DNA from: the human T2T-CHM13v2.0 reference genome, Homo sapiens
DNA: 64,000 nucleotides
Strand: one strand, 5' to 3'
Assembly (NCBI RefSeq): GCF_009914755.1
Contig: NC_060926.1
The notes under the pieces were generated by a model. That model was not told the DNA's origin. It searched no databases and saw only the letters and a list, made by a program, of their open reading frames with translations. The translations under genes were made by a program, and so were the position numbers. Below, in pieces: positions 21,037 to 46,467 of the stretch (the stretch's first letter is position 1; every line of letters starts with the position of its first letter).

Positions 21037-23136
21037 TTAGGTATCTTCACTACCAACAGTATGAATCCTTTACTGTTATCAAACATGACTTAACTTACTG
21101 ACCCACAACATTCAACTGATTTCAAATATTATATTATTCACTTTAACGATTTTGTCCATAGCTGTTTGACTTCTCTTGAGTCAGTTTGACTATCCTAGCG
21201 GGATGATGAAAACCCACTACTTAGGAAGAACAGTTTACTACTACAGTCACATTCTGCATAAGGAAAACTGACCAAGGTTACACATAAGCTGGTAAATGTT
21301 AACAAGGGGATCTGAACCCATATCTACTTAATTCTAAGACCCTTCTCTTCACATTTAACTACCATAAAAGAGTTCTTTTCAATCATATTTTAATTCATCA
21401 TGATTTCTGAAAATTTTGAGTATTATTCTAGAGATACGGACTAGCAAAAAAAAAAAAAAAAAAAAAAAATCCAGTATCAGATCACCACTGGGAATAAGGA
21501 AAAAATAAAAATGCTTAAAATATTATCATGATAGTCTTCCTATTACAGTGGGTAAAGTTTAAGATAGAATTAAGATAGAGATTATCTAGACAAACTATGA
21601 CCAGCTATTTAAACACTATTTGAAATGGCTGGTTTCCATTCCAGTTATCCCTAAGAGCTTATATTAAAGCAAGAGCATTTCAGAGATACATGTGATTCAT
21701 ACAAAAGGTTATTCTTATTATTATTTTTAAAGTCAGTCAGTCTTACTCAAGGTCATAACACTAGGGAGAGATCTAGGAGAAAACACAAGTCTCCTTCCTC
21801 CCCTACCTAGTAAGTCTTCCACTTCACCACACTACATAGAATCTTAGTACACAGGCTTTCTTTAATGCTTTCTTTATATATTATTGTGTTGGAAAGACAG
21901 GAGAGAGCACTGCTTATCATACTAAGCTATAAAGATATTCTCAAAATAAAAGATATTAATTCAGTGATTTAAAGTTAGATTCTGGATTTTCTGAAGAATT
22001 TCAGACAGGGCCCTCTTTCCTGTTATTTAAAAAATAAGCAGAAACCCAGCTATATGTGCCCCAACAACCTAGAGAAGCTAATAGGTATGAGCCTATGCAG
22101 TGTGTCTGACTTAACACTACACTAATAAAGCAGAGTTCAATCTCCTATAGATTAGTTTTGCTCTTTTTAAGCCACATGACATAATGCAAATCAGTAGGTC
22201 TTTCGACAGAAACATGCTATCAGTGTAAAAACAGAGAGGGTAAGTTTATGAATAGGTGAATACAAATCTCTTATTTGTGGATGCCTTCTGATGATGGCTC
22301 AGTAAAGACATCATGATCTACAAAACACAGTAAATTTGAAATTAGTCCTACATGTAGATGTAACACTTTGTACATTAGAGATTTACAACACTTAAGACAA
22401 CAGTAAGCAAAAACTATTTTTAAAGAAAGTCAAGACAAGGGTAATCTATTTTAAAAACCGTTTTGCATTAAAAAAAAAAAAAAGCATTTTTAGAAAACTT
22501 AAGAGCCAGAAACTCAAGGCTGCTTTTAATTTATTCCAATGAATGAATTCTGGGATATAACAAAAACAAAAAAACCTCACCTGTCAGGAAAGGAGGAGAA
22601 GACTGGTGAGAGAGAGAGGCAAAGAAGGAAATCCCAGAAGGTTCCTTGCTGCCTGTGAGATGAGGAAAGATAGAAAGGCTTGTGGGAGAGAGAACCCAGA
22701 GACAGAAATCTCAGTAGGTTTTTCTTAGCTATCTTTTTGAGGTGACAGTGTTAGTGCTTAAACTGTTAAGAAATAAACTAATGAGAGCATCTTAAAATAT
22801 ATTTTTACTGGATGAAGGTTACAGATACACTGACATGCTGCTATCCACCAGGTAGCAGGAAACCGTGGTCACTTTTACTCTCCATATCTGACATGTCCAA
22901 TAAGGAAGTCTGGATTTAAGCTTTTTTCTTTTAACATACCATTCAACCCAGCTACTCTTTCCCCCAAATAACTAAACCCTTTCAACCACTGTTTCAGATC
23001 ATGACATTTTTTTGATCTGCAAAGATAACTTTAAAATTATTAAATATTATTTAGAAAGAGTGAAAAAACACCAGTTTGAAAACATATATACAATATACAT
23101 CTAAGAAGTGATAAAGGGAGTCTAAAATTAATGTAG

Positions 23137-23452
<316 letters not shown>

Positions 23453-23792
23453 TGACTCTCTTGCTCTTAAAGAATTATCAGCAAGTTCAAGTTTGTCATA
23501 GACAAGAAGGTTGAAGCACTGTTCAACCCTGCTTTTAATATATGTTATTCTGCTTTTTAAAGAGCAAAGAAAAGTAGTGGCCAGGAAAGAACAAAAGCCC
23601 TTTTCATCTGCCTCTTATTTGCCAATAGCATAAATAATGCCTAACCAGATATTGCACTGCAGTGAAGCTACAGATTTTGTTTACAAAAAAAATTCAATTT
23701 CTTCAATTTTTCTTAGGGCTGAGAATTTTACCTTATGCACTGGTCTAACAAATTTATTTTGGCAATACTTAAGCTTAAGCACCTTAACTCAC

Positions 23793-23917
23793 CCTTAAAT
23801 CAGTCCTCTGAAAATGACATACTCTTTGGAAAACGCTGTTCTGAAGAAGGGGAGGGTTAGCTAGCTGCAGGGTGCCCTCTTGTGGCCCAAAGGAGAGACT
23901 TGGACTCTTTTCTGCAT
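23793..23917 (-). other. PUM2: Candidate 125-nt stop-containing cassette exon in PUM2 intron 2
   Basis: Branch-like GACTCAC, acceptor TGTGCTCTTCAG|, donor AGG|GTGAGT, and in-frame TAG at 23863-23861. The sequence is unique and relatively GC-rich. Confidence 0.6.
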
Positions 23918-24841
23918 CTGAAGAGCACAGCATTGGATGGAGTGAGTCTCATGAAGGTCTCTATTCTACCAAGGTAAAATAATCTCCAGGAGCAAGCAGT
24001 TAATTACACATCTTAGGTCTGTTCACTGTTATCTTCTATTATCAAAGTCTACGTTAGTAGTACAGAACATGACAAAATACAGATGTCACCACAAGAGTTT
24101 CCATAATCAAAGTTCTCTAAGTATTCATTAGCTATATGAAAAATGAAGTATTTGATGCCTTAAAATATATAATGATGAGGTTAACTTTGGTGCTCCAAAG
24201 AAAATCATAGATTAACGAGAATGATAAAATCCATTAAGAAATGCGAAGTGCCTACTATGCTAGGCATTCAAAGCTAATAATTTACAGGGGAGACAAGTGT
24301 AAAACAAACTAACCAGCAATATAATAAAAGTCTGTATGAAGAACTAGAAGCCAGATGAAGGGCTTAATTCTATGGCAGATAGCAACTAGACAATAGATAC
24401 ATCCCAGTCGAGTCTTGTAGAAGATTAGAAGTTTGTTAAGTAAACAGTTTTGGGTGAACAAGAGATTTTTGGAAGGGAGAATAGTAAAACAAGTATGGCT
24501 AAAGCAAACACAGCATACATATATAAAACAGCAGAACAAGGCTAAAGAGTTTTTTCCAAGCAAAACTAATTATAGTTCATTACCAAAATATAAGAAATTA
24601 TCTCACCAAGTCAATCAAATCACCTAGACACAAATAATCACACTAAAAATTACTGCTAAAAGCTTTTTTTTTAAAGCTAAAAATCACAACAGAATTGTAC
24701 AATCTGAAATTTAAACCCCTCCATATAGTTTGGAAGATATGACCACTATTTCCAGGAAGGGAGATGGTTAAAAAAAAAAAATAAGTTACAATGGCTCAAA
24801 ATAAAGTGAGGTGTAAGTTCTTAGTATTTGCAAACATTTAC

Positions 24842-24892
24842 CTCTCCCATTCCCCGAGATTCTAATGCAAGAGCTTGAAAATCATGATTCAT
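24842..24892 (-). CDS. PUM2: PUM2 exon 2 coding part, [17 protein letters not shown] (whole exon 24842-24910, 69 nt)
   Basis: Manual translation matches the PUM2 N-terminus. Acceptor TTCAACAG| at 24911, donor GAG|GTAAAT at 24841, ATG at 24892-24890. Confidence 0.97.
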
Positions 24893-25249
24893 TTCATCCA
24901 CAGATCAAACCTGTTGAATAACAAAAACAAAAATTAGTACAAAGAAATGTTTAAACAGACTTCTTCAACTATTTTTATATTATATTGCTGCTATGACTAA
25001 TATTAGCATGATCTGAGAAAGGGAAGCACTGATTTCTGTAGGGAAGACAGGTTTTCCCAGTTTATGACAGCAATCTACCTTAAAACCTGTAGAAAAACAT
25101 TAGGTCAAGGGTTCTTGAATTATTCTGTGTGCCAACAACTATGTGAAGGCAATGAAAAACAATTAAAGCCCAGAAACTGGAGAACAGTCTATACTTTAAA
25201 GAAAGGAGTAGCACAGAGTAAGGTTTTTTGTTTGGTTGTTTGTTTTTTT

Positions 25250-27787
<2,538 letters not shown>

Positions 27788-29150
27788 TGTAATACTGTAA
27801 AACGTATTTTTGGCCTTTGTCCATGTCCTGGCAAAAAGCTCCTAAAACCCCTGGAATCACTGGAGTGATGAGTGTCTTCTGCATGCTAATGAGCTGACTG
27901 ACTGGGGGCTGGTTGCCAGGGGAACCATCCTTTTGATTAGAGAGTTTGAACTTTCAGTTCCCCCTCCTGCTTCCAGAGATGGACTGAAAACTTAGTTGAT
28001 CACGAAGATTTTAATGCCTATGTAATGAGGTGAGACTTCTGCAAAATTCCAAAAGATCTGAGTTCTGGGAGCTTACAGATAGCTGAACTCTTGGAGGTTC
28101 CTGGAGAGTGGCCTGCCCCATTCTCCCATACATCATCCTAATGCATCTCTTCCATCTGGCTATTCTCAACGGTATTCTTTGTAATATCCTTTATAATAAA
28201 TGGGTAAATTTAAGTAATGTGCTTCCCTGAGTTCTGTGAACTGTTCTAGCAAATTAATTGACCAAAGAAGGTCAGAGGAACACCTGATTTACAGCTGGTC
28301 AGTGAGAAGTCTATGTGACAACCTACGACTTGCAACTGGCATCTGAAGTAGGGAGGAAGTCTTATTGGCCCAAGCCCTCAATCTGTGTGTGAGAGCTGAT
28401 GCTCTCTCCAGGGAGATAGGGTCAGAAATGAGTTAGACGACGCCCAGCTGGTGTCCACTGGAGAATTTGCTGCAGGACTGATTGCTTGATACAGCATATC
28501 AAGCAATACATGTGGGATCATAGAAGTGTTCTGTGTTGTAAGGGTACAGTAGGATAAACTGTATTTATATCCTATAGCCTTACATTTGGTGTCAGAAGTG
28601 GGATTTGCTAACACAGCCCTGGCACACAGAAACGTGGTTTGGTTCAGACAACTTGGGGAGAGGAAAAAAAAAAAAACCACACGCGTTGTTTGGGAATAGA
28701 AAGAATGAAAGGGTAGGGGATGAGAAATGGGAATAGAAGGAACGAAAGGGTAGGGGATGAGAAACTTTTGATTCCTTGGTGGCCATGTGGTCACTCACTG
28801 TATGTGCTCAGTTACTAAAGGTAAACGTTACCAATGGAATTTAAAGATGGACCTAACTCTCACAAAGTAAATGTCTAAGAAAATGCAAACTAATTTTAAG
28901 GAGAAATATTCAATCCCTTGGTTACTGTTATCCTAATAGCTAAAATAAAGTGCTAGGTCAGACCTTAATACAAGACCAACCTCAGATTTCAGTGACTGAG
29001 CTTCGGCCAGTAGCCTTAAAGCTGTCCTCCCAAGAGAAAAATTATGCAGAGACAAGATTAAGTACTTCTAATCTATGAGCCATGGTTACCAAGAAGGTAG
29101 TCAATGTGGGGAAAGGGCAAACCCAATAAACTGTTAAAACCAGTATCGAA
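27788..29150 (+). mobile_element. MER21-type LTR (27788-~28583) plus adjoining internal sequence
   Basis: MER21-like text (ctcctaaaacccctggaat..., cttccctgagttctgtga..., ggcatctgaagtaggg) followed by tttggtgtcagaagtgggatt. Confidence 0.7.
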
Positions 29151-29400
29151 AGCAGAAAAAAAAAAAAAAAGAAAGAAAGAAAAGAAAAGGAAAAAAAAAC
29201 TATCAGTAGTAGACATGAATTTTTCTCAAGAGTCAAAGTAAGCACTAGAGCTTTACCTTTTTTGCTTACTTTCAGGTTTTTATCAGTGGTCCAAATAGAT
29301 GAGGTCACATAAGTTAAAGAACCTCTGGATAATTTTGAGAGGTCTCTTAGCTCTTTGAATCCATTCTTACTGTTGGGATAAATCATACCCCTAGTGTAGG

Positions 29401-29695
29401 AGTCAACATTTTAGGCTTTGCAGGCCATATGATCTCTGCTGCAGCTACTCAACTACGCCTCTGTAGCACGAAAGCACCTATAGACAATACCAAAATGAAT
29501 GAGCACAGATATGTCCCAATAAAACTTGATAAACTGTAAAATTTGAGTTTCACGTGGTTTTCATGTATCACAAATTATTCTTTTAAAATTTTTTCCAACA
29601 ATCAAAAAATGTAAAAGCCATTCCCATAGAGCAGGCCATGCAAAAACAGGTGATGGGTCAGATTTGGCCTGCAGGCCATAGTTTGCAGACCTCTG
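29401..29695 (+). mobile_element. MER58B DNA transposon MITE
   Basis: ttttaggctttgcaggccata... through ...ggccatagtttgcagacctctg, matching the MER58B consensus. Confidence 0.8.
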
Positions 29696-29822
29696 CTCTC
29701 ATTCACTTTCTCTCTTGACTGCTCCCCAAAACTCAAATACACAAAATCCACTTCCAAATATGAGTATACTGAAAGTTAAGCATTAGGGCTTTGCTTTCAA
29801 CTTTTTCACTTATACTACTAGA

Positions 29823-29846
29823 GTGTGTGTGTGTGTGTGTGTGTGT
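29823..29846. repeat. (GT)n microsatellite
   Basis: About 12 GT units. Confidence 0.95.
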
Positions 29847-31266
29847 TTAAACGAATGGGGGTTTCAGATCATATCTAAATGGAGGTAATTTTATTATCTT
29901 TCAATAATCAGGGTAGTAGAGTAAAAAGACTTAAAAAAAAAAAAAACCCACCCCCATCAGCACAACTTAAGCTCAGCTTTTCAGTTTAGGGTGTTACTGT
30001 TTATTTCAATTACGAGAAAGAGAATGAAGGAGAAATTGGGCAAGACAATGGGAGACAAATAACTTTTCCAACTCTCAGGCAATACCATATCCATATAAAC
30101 TATAATAAAGTTGAAGAGATGGGGAGACAGTTGCCCATATGCTACTAAGTGGGACTCCAAAATTTCTAAAGTATGTCAATCTGCTGTCTCTTAAACAGCT
30201 ACAAATGCTGGTGTCATCTGATGGTAATAAAAAAGTTGGAATTTGGACATAAATTTAGTGACTTTATCCGAATGATTAAATCTTAGGGAGGAAAGATCTT
30301 TTCTAACAAGCAATAGGACCTACTAGCAACTGGTTATATACTATTTCACTGTTTATTTGAAAAAAATGTATTCAGGAGTATGGCACCATGTACTGCTTGG
30401 GGTATAAATTCTATCTTCAATTTTTTTTGTCTGCATTATTAAGGCTCAAATCTCCAATATTATTTTCTTTAATAAATAATGAGAACTTACCAACACAGAA
30501 ATATACGACAGAAACTTTTCTTTGGCCAAGACCCAGTATAATCTTATATTTGAATTAAAAAGTCATTTTTGAGGTTATGACTGTTTCCTAGCAAAAGAAA
30601 AGAAATGACAGTATCTTATTTTGCTCATTCTAAATTTTAACAATATTAGCTAATTTTTCAGTAGGCAGATTATTACTAATGATGTGAGGAAAAACAGGTG
30701 AAGCATTCAAATAACAACTTGATTTAGCTCAGTGATAGTTTTCCTATTTACTAGTGCATAATCCAAAATGTCAACAACTGAGCACAGTGGCTCATGCCTG
30801 TAATCCTAACACATTATTGAGGCTATGGTGGGAGGATCGCTTGAGGCCAGGAATTCAAGACCATCCTTGGCAACATAGGGAGACCTAGCTCTACAAAAAA
30901 TTAAAAAATTAGCTGGGCATTATGGTGCACACCTGTGGTCTCAGCTACCCGAGAGGCTGAGATGAGAGGATCGCTTGAGCCCAGGAGGTTGAGGGTGCAG
31001 TGAGCCATGGCCACAGTAAGACCCTGTCTCAAAAAAAGAAAAGCAACAACAACAACAACAAAAACAAAAGCCAAAAAATTGACAAATATCTTGTGTAAAG
31101 AAGCAAGAAAATGCATTAATATAGGACATTTACATTATTAAAAGTATTTGTTTTGGCTAGGCATGATGGTTCACGCCTGTAATCTCAGCACTTTGGGAGG
31201 CCAATATAGAAAGATCACTTGAGCCCAGGAGTTCAAGACCAGCCCTTGCAACATAGCGAGACCCTG

Positions 31267-31651
31267 AGATATGGTTTGGATCTGTGTCCCCACCCAAATC
31301 TCATGTCAAAACGTAAACCCCAGTGTTAGGGGTGGGGCCTAGTGGAGGGTGACTGGATCATGGGGGCGGAGTTCTCATGAATGGATTATTGCCATCCCCT
31401 CAGTGCTACTCTTGTGATAGTTTTTCTAAGATCTAGTTGTTTAAAAGTATGTAACACCTTCCCCTCTCTTCCTCCTGCTACAGCCACGTAAGAGGTGCCT
31501 GCTTTCACTTCACCTTCTGTCATGATTCTAAGTTTCCCGAGGCCTCCCCAGAAGTAGAAGCCACTATGCTTTCTGTACAGCCTGTAGAACCATGAGACAA
31601 TTCAACCTCTTTTCTTTCTAAATTACCCAGTCTCAGACATTTTTAAATACA
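31267..31651 (+). mobile_element. MaLR (MSTA-like) solo LTR inserted in an AluJ (31156-31845)
   Basis: gatatggtttggatctgtgtccccacccaaatctcatg...aattacccagtctcag...aataca, with 5-bp TSD ccctg/tcctg. Confidence 0.85.
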
Positions 31652-32474
31652 TCCTGTTTCTACAAAAAAAATTTTTTTTAAAAAAATTAGCCAGGCATGG
31701 TGACATGCACCTGTAGTCCCAGCTACTCAGGAGGCTGAGGTGGGAAGACTGCTTGAGTCTGGGAGGTCAAGACTGCAGTGAGCCATGGTCCGCTCCACTG
31801 CACTCCAGATTGGGTGACAAAGCAAGACTCTGTCTCAAAAAAATTTTTTAAATTAAAAATATTATTTCTTCCTGGATATCTGGTTCAATTTCTTACCATA
31901 TGCCTACATTAAAAACAGGGTGGGGAAAGCATTTGGAGATACAATAAATGGTATTAAAGCACTCTACTGCCACATGGTACTAATCACACTTTTATAATCT
32001 TGTAATTATAAATTAACACCATAGTAGAAATTAACCTCTGGGGTCAAAGGGATTAGTGACTGTCTTAGCTATGTAAACGTTCAACATTTAATGAATGAAA
32101 AAAACCATATTTTATGAAATGTGAATTCCGATCATAAAATCAATTAGTATCTGGATAGTGACTAAGTATTTACATATCTTCATATATTAACATACAATGC
32201 TTATTTTAACATAAGGACAATGAACAAGGCTTTCGCTTAGACTTTTTGTACTGCTGAAGACATTTACCAACACAAAATGACTAATGATTGCAACTTCACA
32301 CAGGCACTACTTCTCCAAGTCTGTCATCTACAGCCTGGAGACTGTACCTTCCTTTTGCATCAATTACAAAGACAACAAAATTACATAAAAACCTAGTTGA
32401 GTCACAAATAAGTCAATACACAGAGTGACTTAAGCTTCTTAGGACATATTCTCCGTAATCATCCTCCTTGGACT

Positions 32475-34203
32475 GTTTTGTTTTTTTTTGAGACAAGGTC
32501 TCACTCTATCACCGAAGCTAGAGTACAGTGGGGCAATCATAGCTCTCTGCATCCTCTCACCTCAGTCTCCGGGAGTATCTGGGACTAAAGGTGCATGCCA
32601 CCACCCCCAGCAAATTTTTGTATTTTTTGTAGAGACAGGGGTCTCCCTATGTTGCCTAGGCTGGTCTCAAACTCCTGGGCTCAAGCAGCCCTCCTGCCTC
32701 AGCCCCTCAAAGTGCTAGGATTAAAGGTGTGAGCCACTGCACCCAGCTGGACTGATTTTAATGAACATAATCATTGAACATCCGTGGTATCTACGGCAAA
32801 CAAACAAGTGCTGAATTCCTAAAGAATACTTTCTTCTGCTCAGCAAATTAAATCACTTTATTGCAAATCTGCCAACAAACTTTTTTTGTTTAGCAATGCT
32901 TTTTCTCATTCACATGACAAAAGTAAATCTAAATCCAGGTTTAGGTATTTATAGGAGACCATTAGCCTTTAAAGATTTAACAAAGTTTCTACTATTCAAA
33001 CCAACTCTTGGTAATTTCTTATTTTTCTGAGGGCATAAATTGAATCATACAGTTTTTCAGTGACGAACAAGTCACTTAGCTAGTGGGTCAACCAAGAGCT
33101 AAATCAACAGTCTGTTTTCTAGTTTGTCCAAATACTTTCATGGGGGAGTTACCTCTGCTGGCTTTACTAGCAAGGCAAAAAAGCTCTATAACAAAGAATA
33201 GTATTACTGACTCAATTATAATAAGGAAAAGTAAAGTTTTATGTTTTGAATGAAATTTGGCATAAAAATTAGTGTTGTCAACATACAGACTTACAGAAGC
33301 CAAAAATCTCCTTCAAAGACCCTATTAGCTCAAAGCTCAAATCTTTTAATGTTTTATTCCAACCCCATCATTTAGACAAATCTATATATGTGCAAACATA
33401 AGATTTTTGTTCCATTAAAATTCTCTGAAAGGGGAATCACCATATATTTGGGTCCTTACAAAAGTTTCTCCTCTTATAAGGCATCCTCTCAACTGACTTA
33501 TTTGGAGAATCAAAATACTGCTGAAGAAAAGTTGCCTTATTTTGAAAAATATACTACTTAGATAAGATCTACACACTAAACAGCCTCAATCTATGCTGGG
33601 TTTTGATGCTTTAGGTATTGTCTGAGAGAAGCAGGTCAAATAATTTAGATGGAAATGAAGATGACAAGCTTTAGAAAACTGTTTACATAACACAAAAAGC
33701 GTTTTTTTGTTTTTTTGTTTGTTTTTTTTTGAGGCAGGGTCTCACTATTGCCCAGGATGGAGTGCAGTGGCATTGATTATGGCTCACTACAGCCTTGACC
33801 TCCTGGGCTAGTGATCCGTCTACTCAGTATCCTAAGGAGCTGGGACTACAAATGCATACCACTATGCCCAACTAATTTTTGTATTTTTTGTAGAGACAGG
33901 GTTTTGCCATGTTGCCCAGGCTGGTCTTGAACTCCTGAACTCAAGTGATCTGCACCTTGCCCTGGCCTCCCAAAATGCTAGCATTACAGGAATGAGCCAA
34001 TGTGCCTGGCCTAAAAAGTGGTTCTAAAGTTAAAGATATAATTTTTTTTTTTTTTAAAGAGACAGGGTCTTGCTCTGTTGCCCAAGATGGAGCACAGTGA
34101 CGTAATCAGGGTTCACTGCAGCCTTGACCTCCCAGGCTCAAGGGAACCTCCCAACTCCGCCTTCTGAGTAACTGGGACCACAGGTGCCACCAGGCCTGGC
34201 TAA

Positions 34204-34245
<42 letters not shown>

Positions 34246-34276
34246 AGACGGGGTCTCACCATGTTGCCCAGGCTGA

Positions 34277-34319
<43 letters not shown>

Positions 34320-34437
34320 TACAGACGGGGTCTCACCATGTTGCCCAGGCTGATCTGGAACTCGTGAGTTCAAGTAATCCTTCCACCTCGGCCTCCCAAA
34401 GTGCTGGGATTACAGGCATAAGTCACCACACCTGGCC
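32475..34437 (-). mobile_element. Minus-strand AluJ elements (32475-32750, 33700-34011, 34043-34437)
   Basis: Reverse-complement Alu consensus with poly(T) heads. Confidence 0.88.
34206..34318. repeat. Two (TG)n microsatellites inside an Alu
   Basis: About 19-20 TG units each at 34206-34243 and 34279-34318. Confidence 0.95.
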
Positions 34438-35637
34438 TAGTATTCCTAAATTATTTTCTGTGATTTAAAATGTGACATCATCCTAATAGTGGAGTAAGAC
34501 ATTATATGATTCATAATGTAATATGAAACAGTACCACCACATATGAAGAACTGCCTTCAAAAAACACTAAGCTTCAATTTGTCTAATATTATAATAAAAC
34601 TACTGATCTAAATACATATTTATGACATAAAATTTTGAAGCGGGGGAAGCAGATTACACAGACTGTGGTATAGGCCTAAATGTCAAAAAAAAAACTGTGT
34701 AAGCCTGCTTCTCACAAACCAACTATAAAGACTTTTTTGAGAAAAATCAGGGAAACTCAAATATAGAATGAGTATTAGATAACAGTAAGGAATTCTATTA
34801 GTTATGATACTAGCAAGAGGATTGGGTTTGTTTTTTGTAAGTCCTCATCAGTAAAAGCATTTATGCTTGAAATGGCATATTGTTTGGGATTTACTTTGAA
34901 ATACTCCTTCAAAAAGTAAAATATGGGTATAAATAAGATTTCACACAATGTTGAACAAGGACGGTAGCTATCAAGGGTTCACAATACTTACTATTCTCTC
35001 TACATGTTTGAAAGCTTCCATAATAAAGTTTAATAAATGAAAAGGCTAGGTGGTTAGAAAAAAATAAAGTTTAATAAAATACATATAGCAGTCTGACAGA
35101 AAGCCACATAAAGCAGGTGGTATTTAAGCTGGGCCTTGAAGGTCAGTTACACAATTCAGACAAAAATATTTTTAAAACATTTATAAACTGCAGTTTTTAA
35201 TTCACTTAGGGTCCAAGCCTTCATATGAACTTAATTTGGCTTATTACTTCCTCAAACATACTTTTGACTAGCGTATGAAAAATTTTCCCAAAAACTGATT
35301 TCCAAAAGGGTACAAATTTTGGAGACTAATTTTTAATCAGCTAACCTTCCCCCAAAGAGAATAACAACAGAAATTTTATTGAGCACCCCATTTTATGCCA
35401 CAGATTATACCAGGCACATTATATATAATTCTCACTATAATCCAGCAAAGTCAATACTGCATCATTACTTTGCAAATAGGAAAACTGGCCACAATTTCCC
35501 TACCCTAATATACAAAGCTACTAAAATGGTAGAGAACATAATACTATCAAAATTCCAAAAAGCCCATGCTCTTTCCCATACCAACCAAGCATAAGCCATC
35601 ACTCAAGCTAATGCCAATTACGCTACTCTCTAAAAGA

Positions 35638-46467
<10,830 letters not shown>

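Noticed and set aside
29042-29386. ORF MIYPNSKNGFKELRDLSK... with a nearby AAA|GTAAGC donor as a possible extra PUM2 exon
   Set aside because: No similarity to PUM proteins. The sequence resembles a decayed MIR running into a poly(T) tract.
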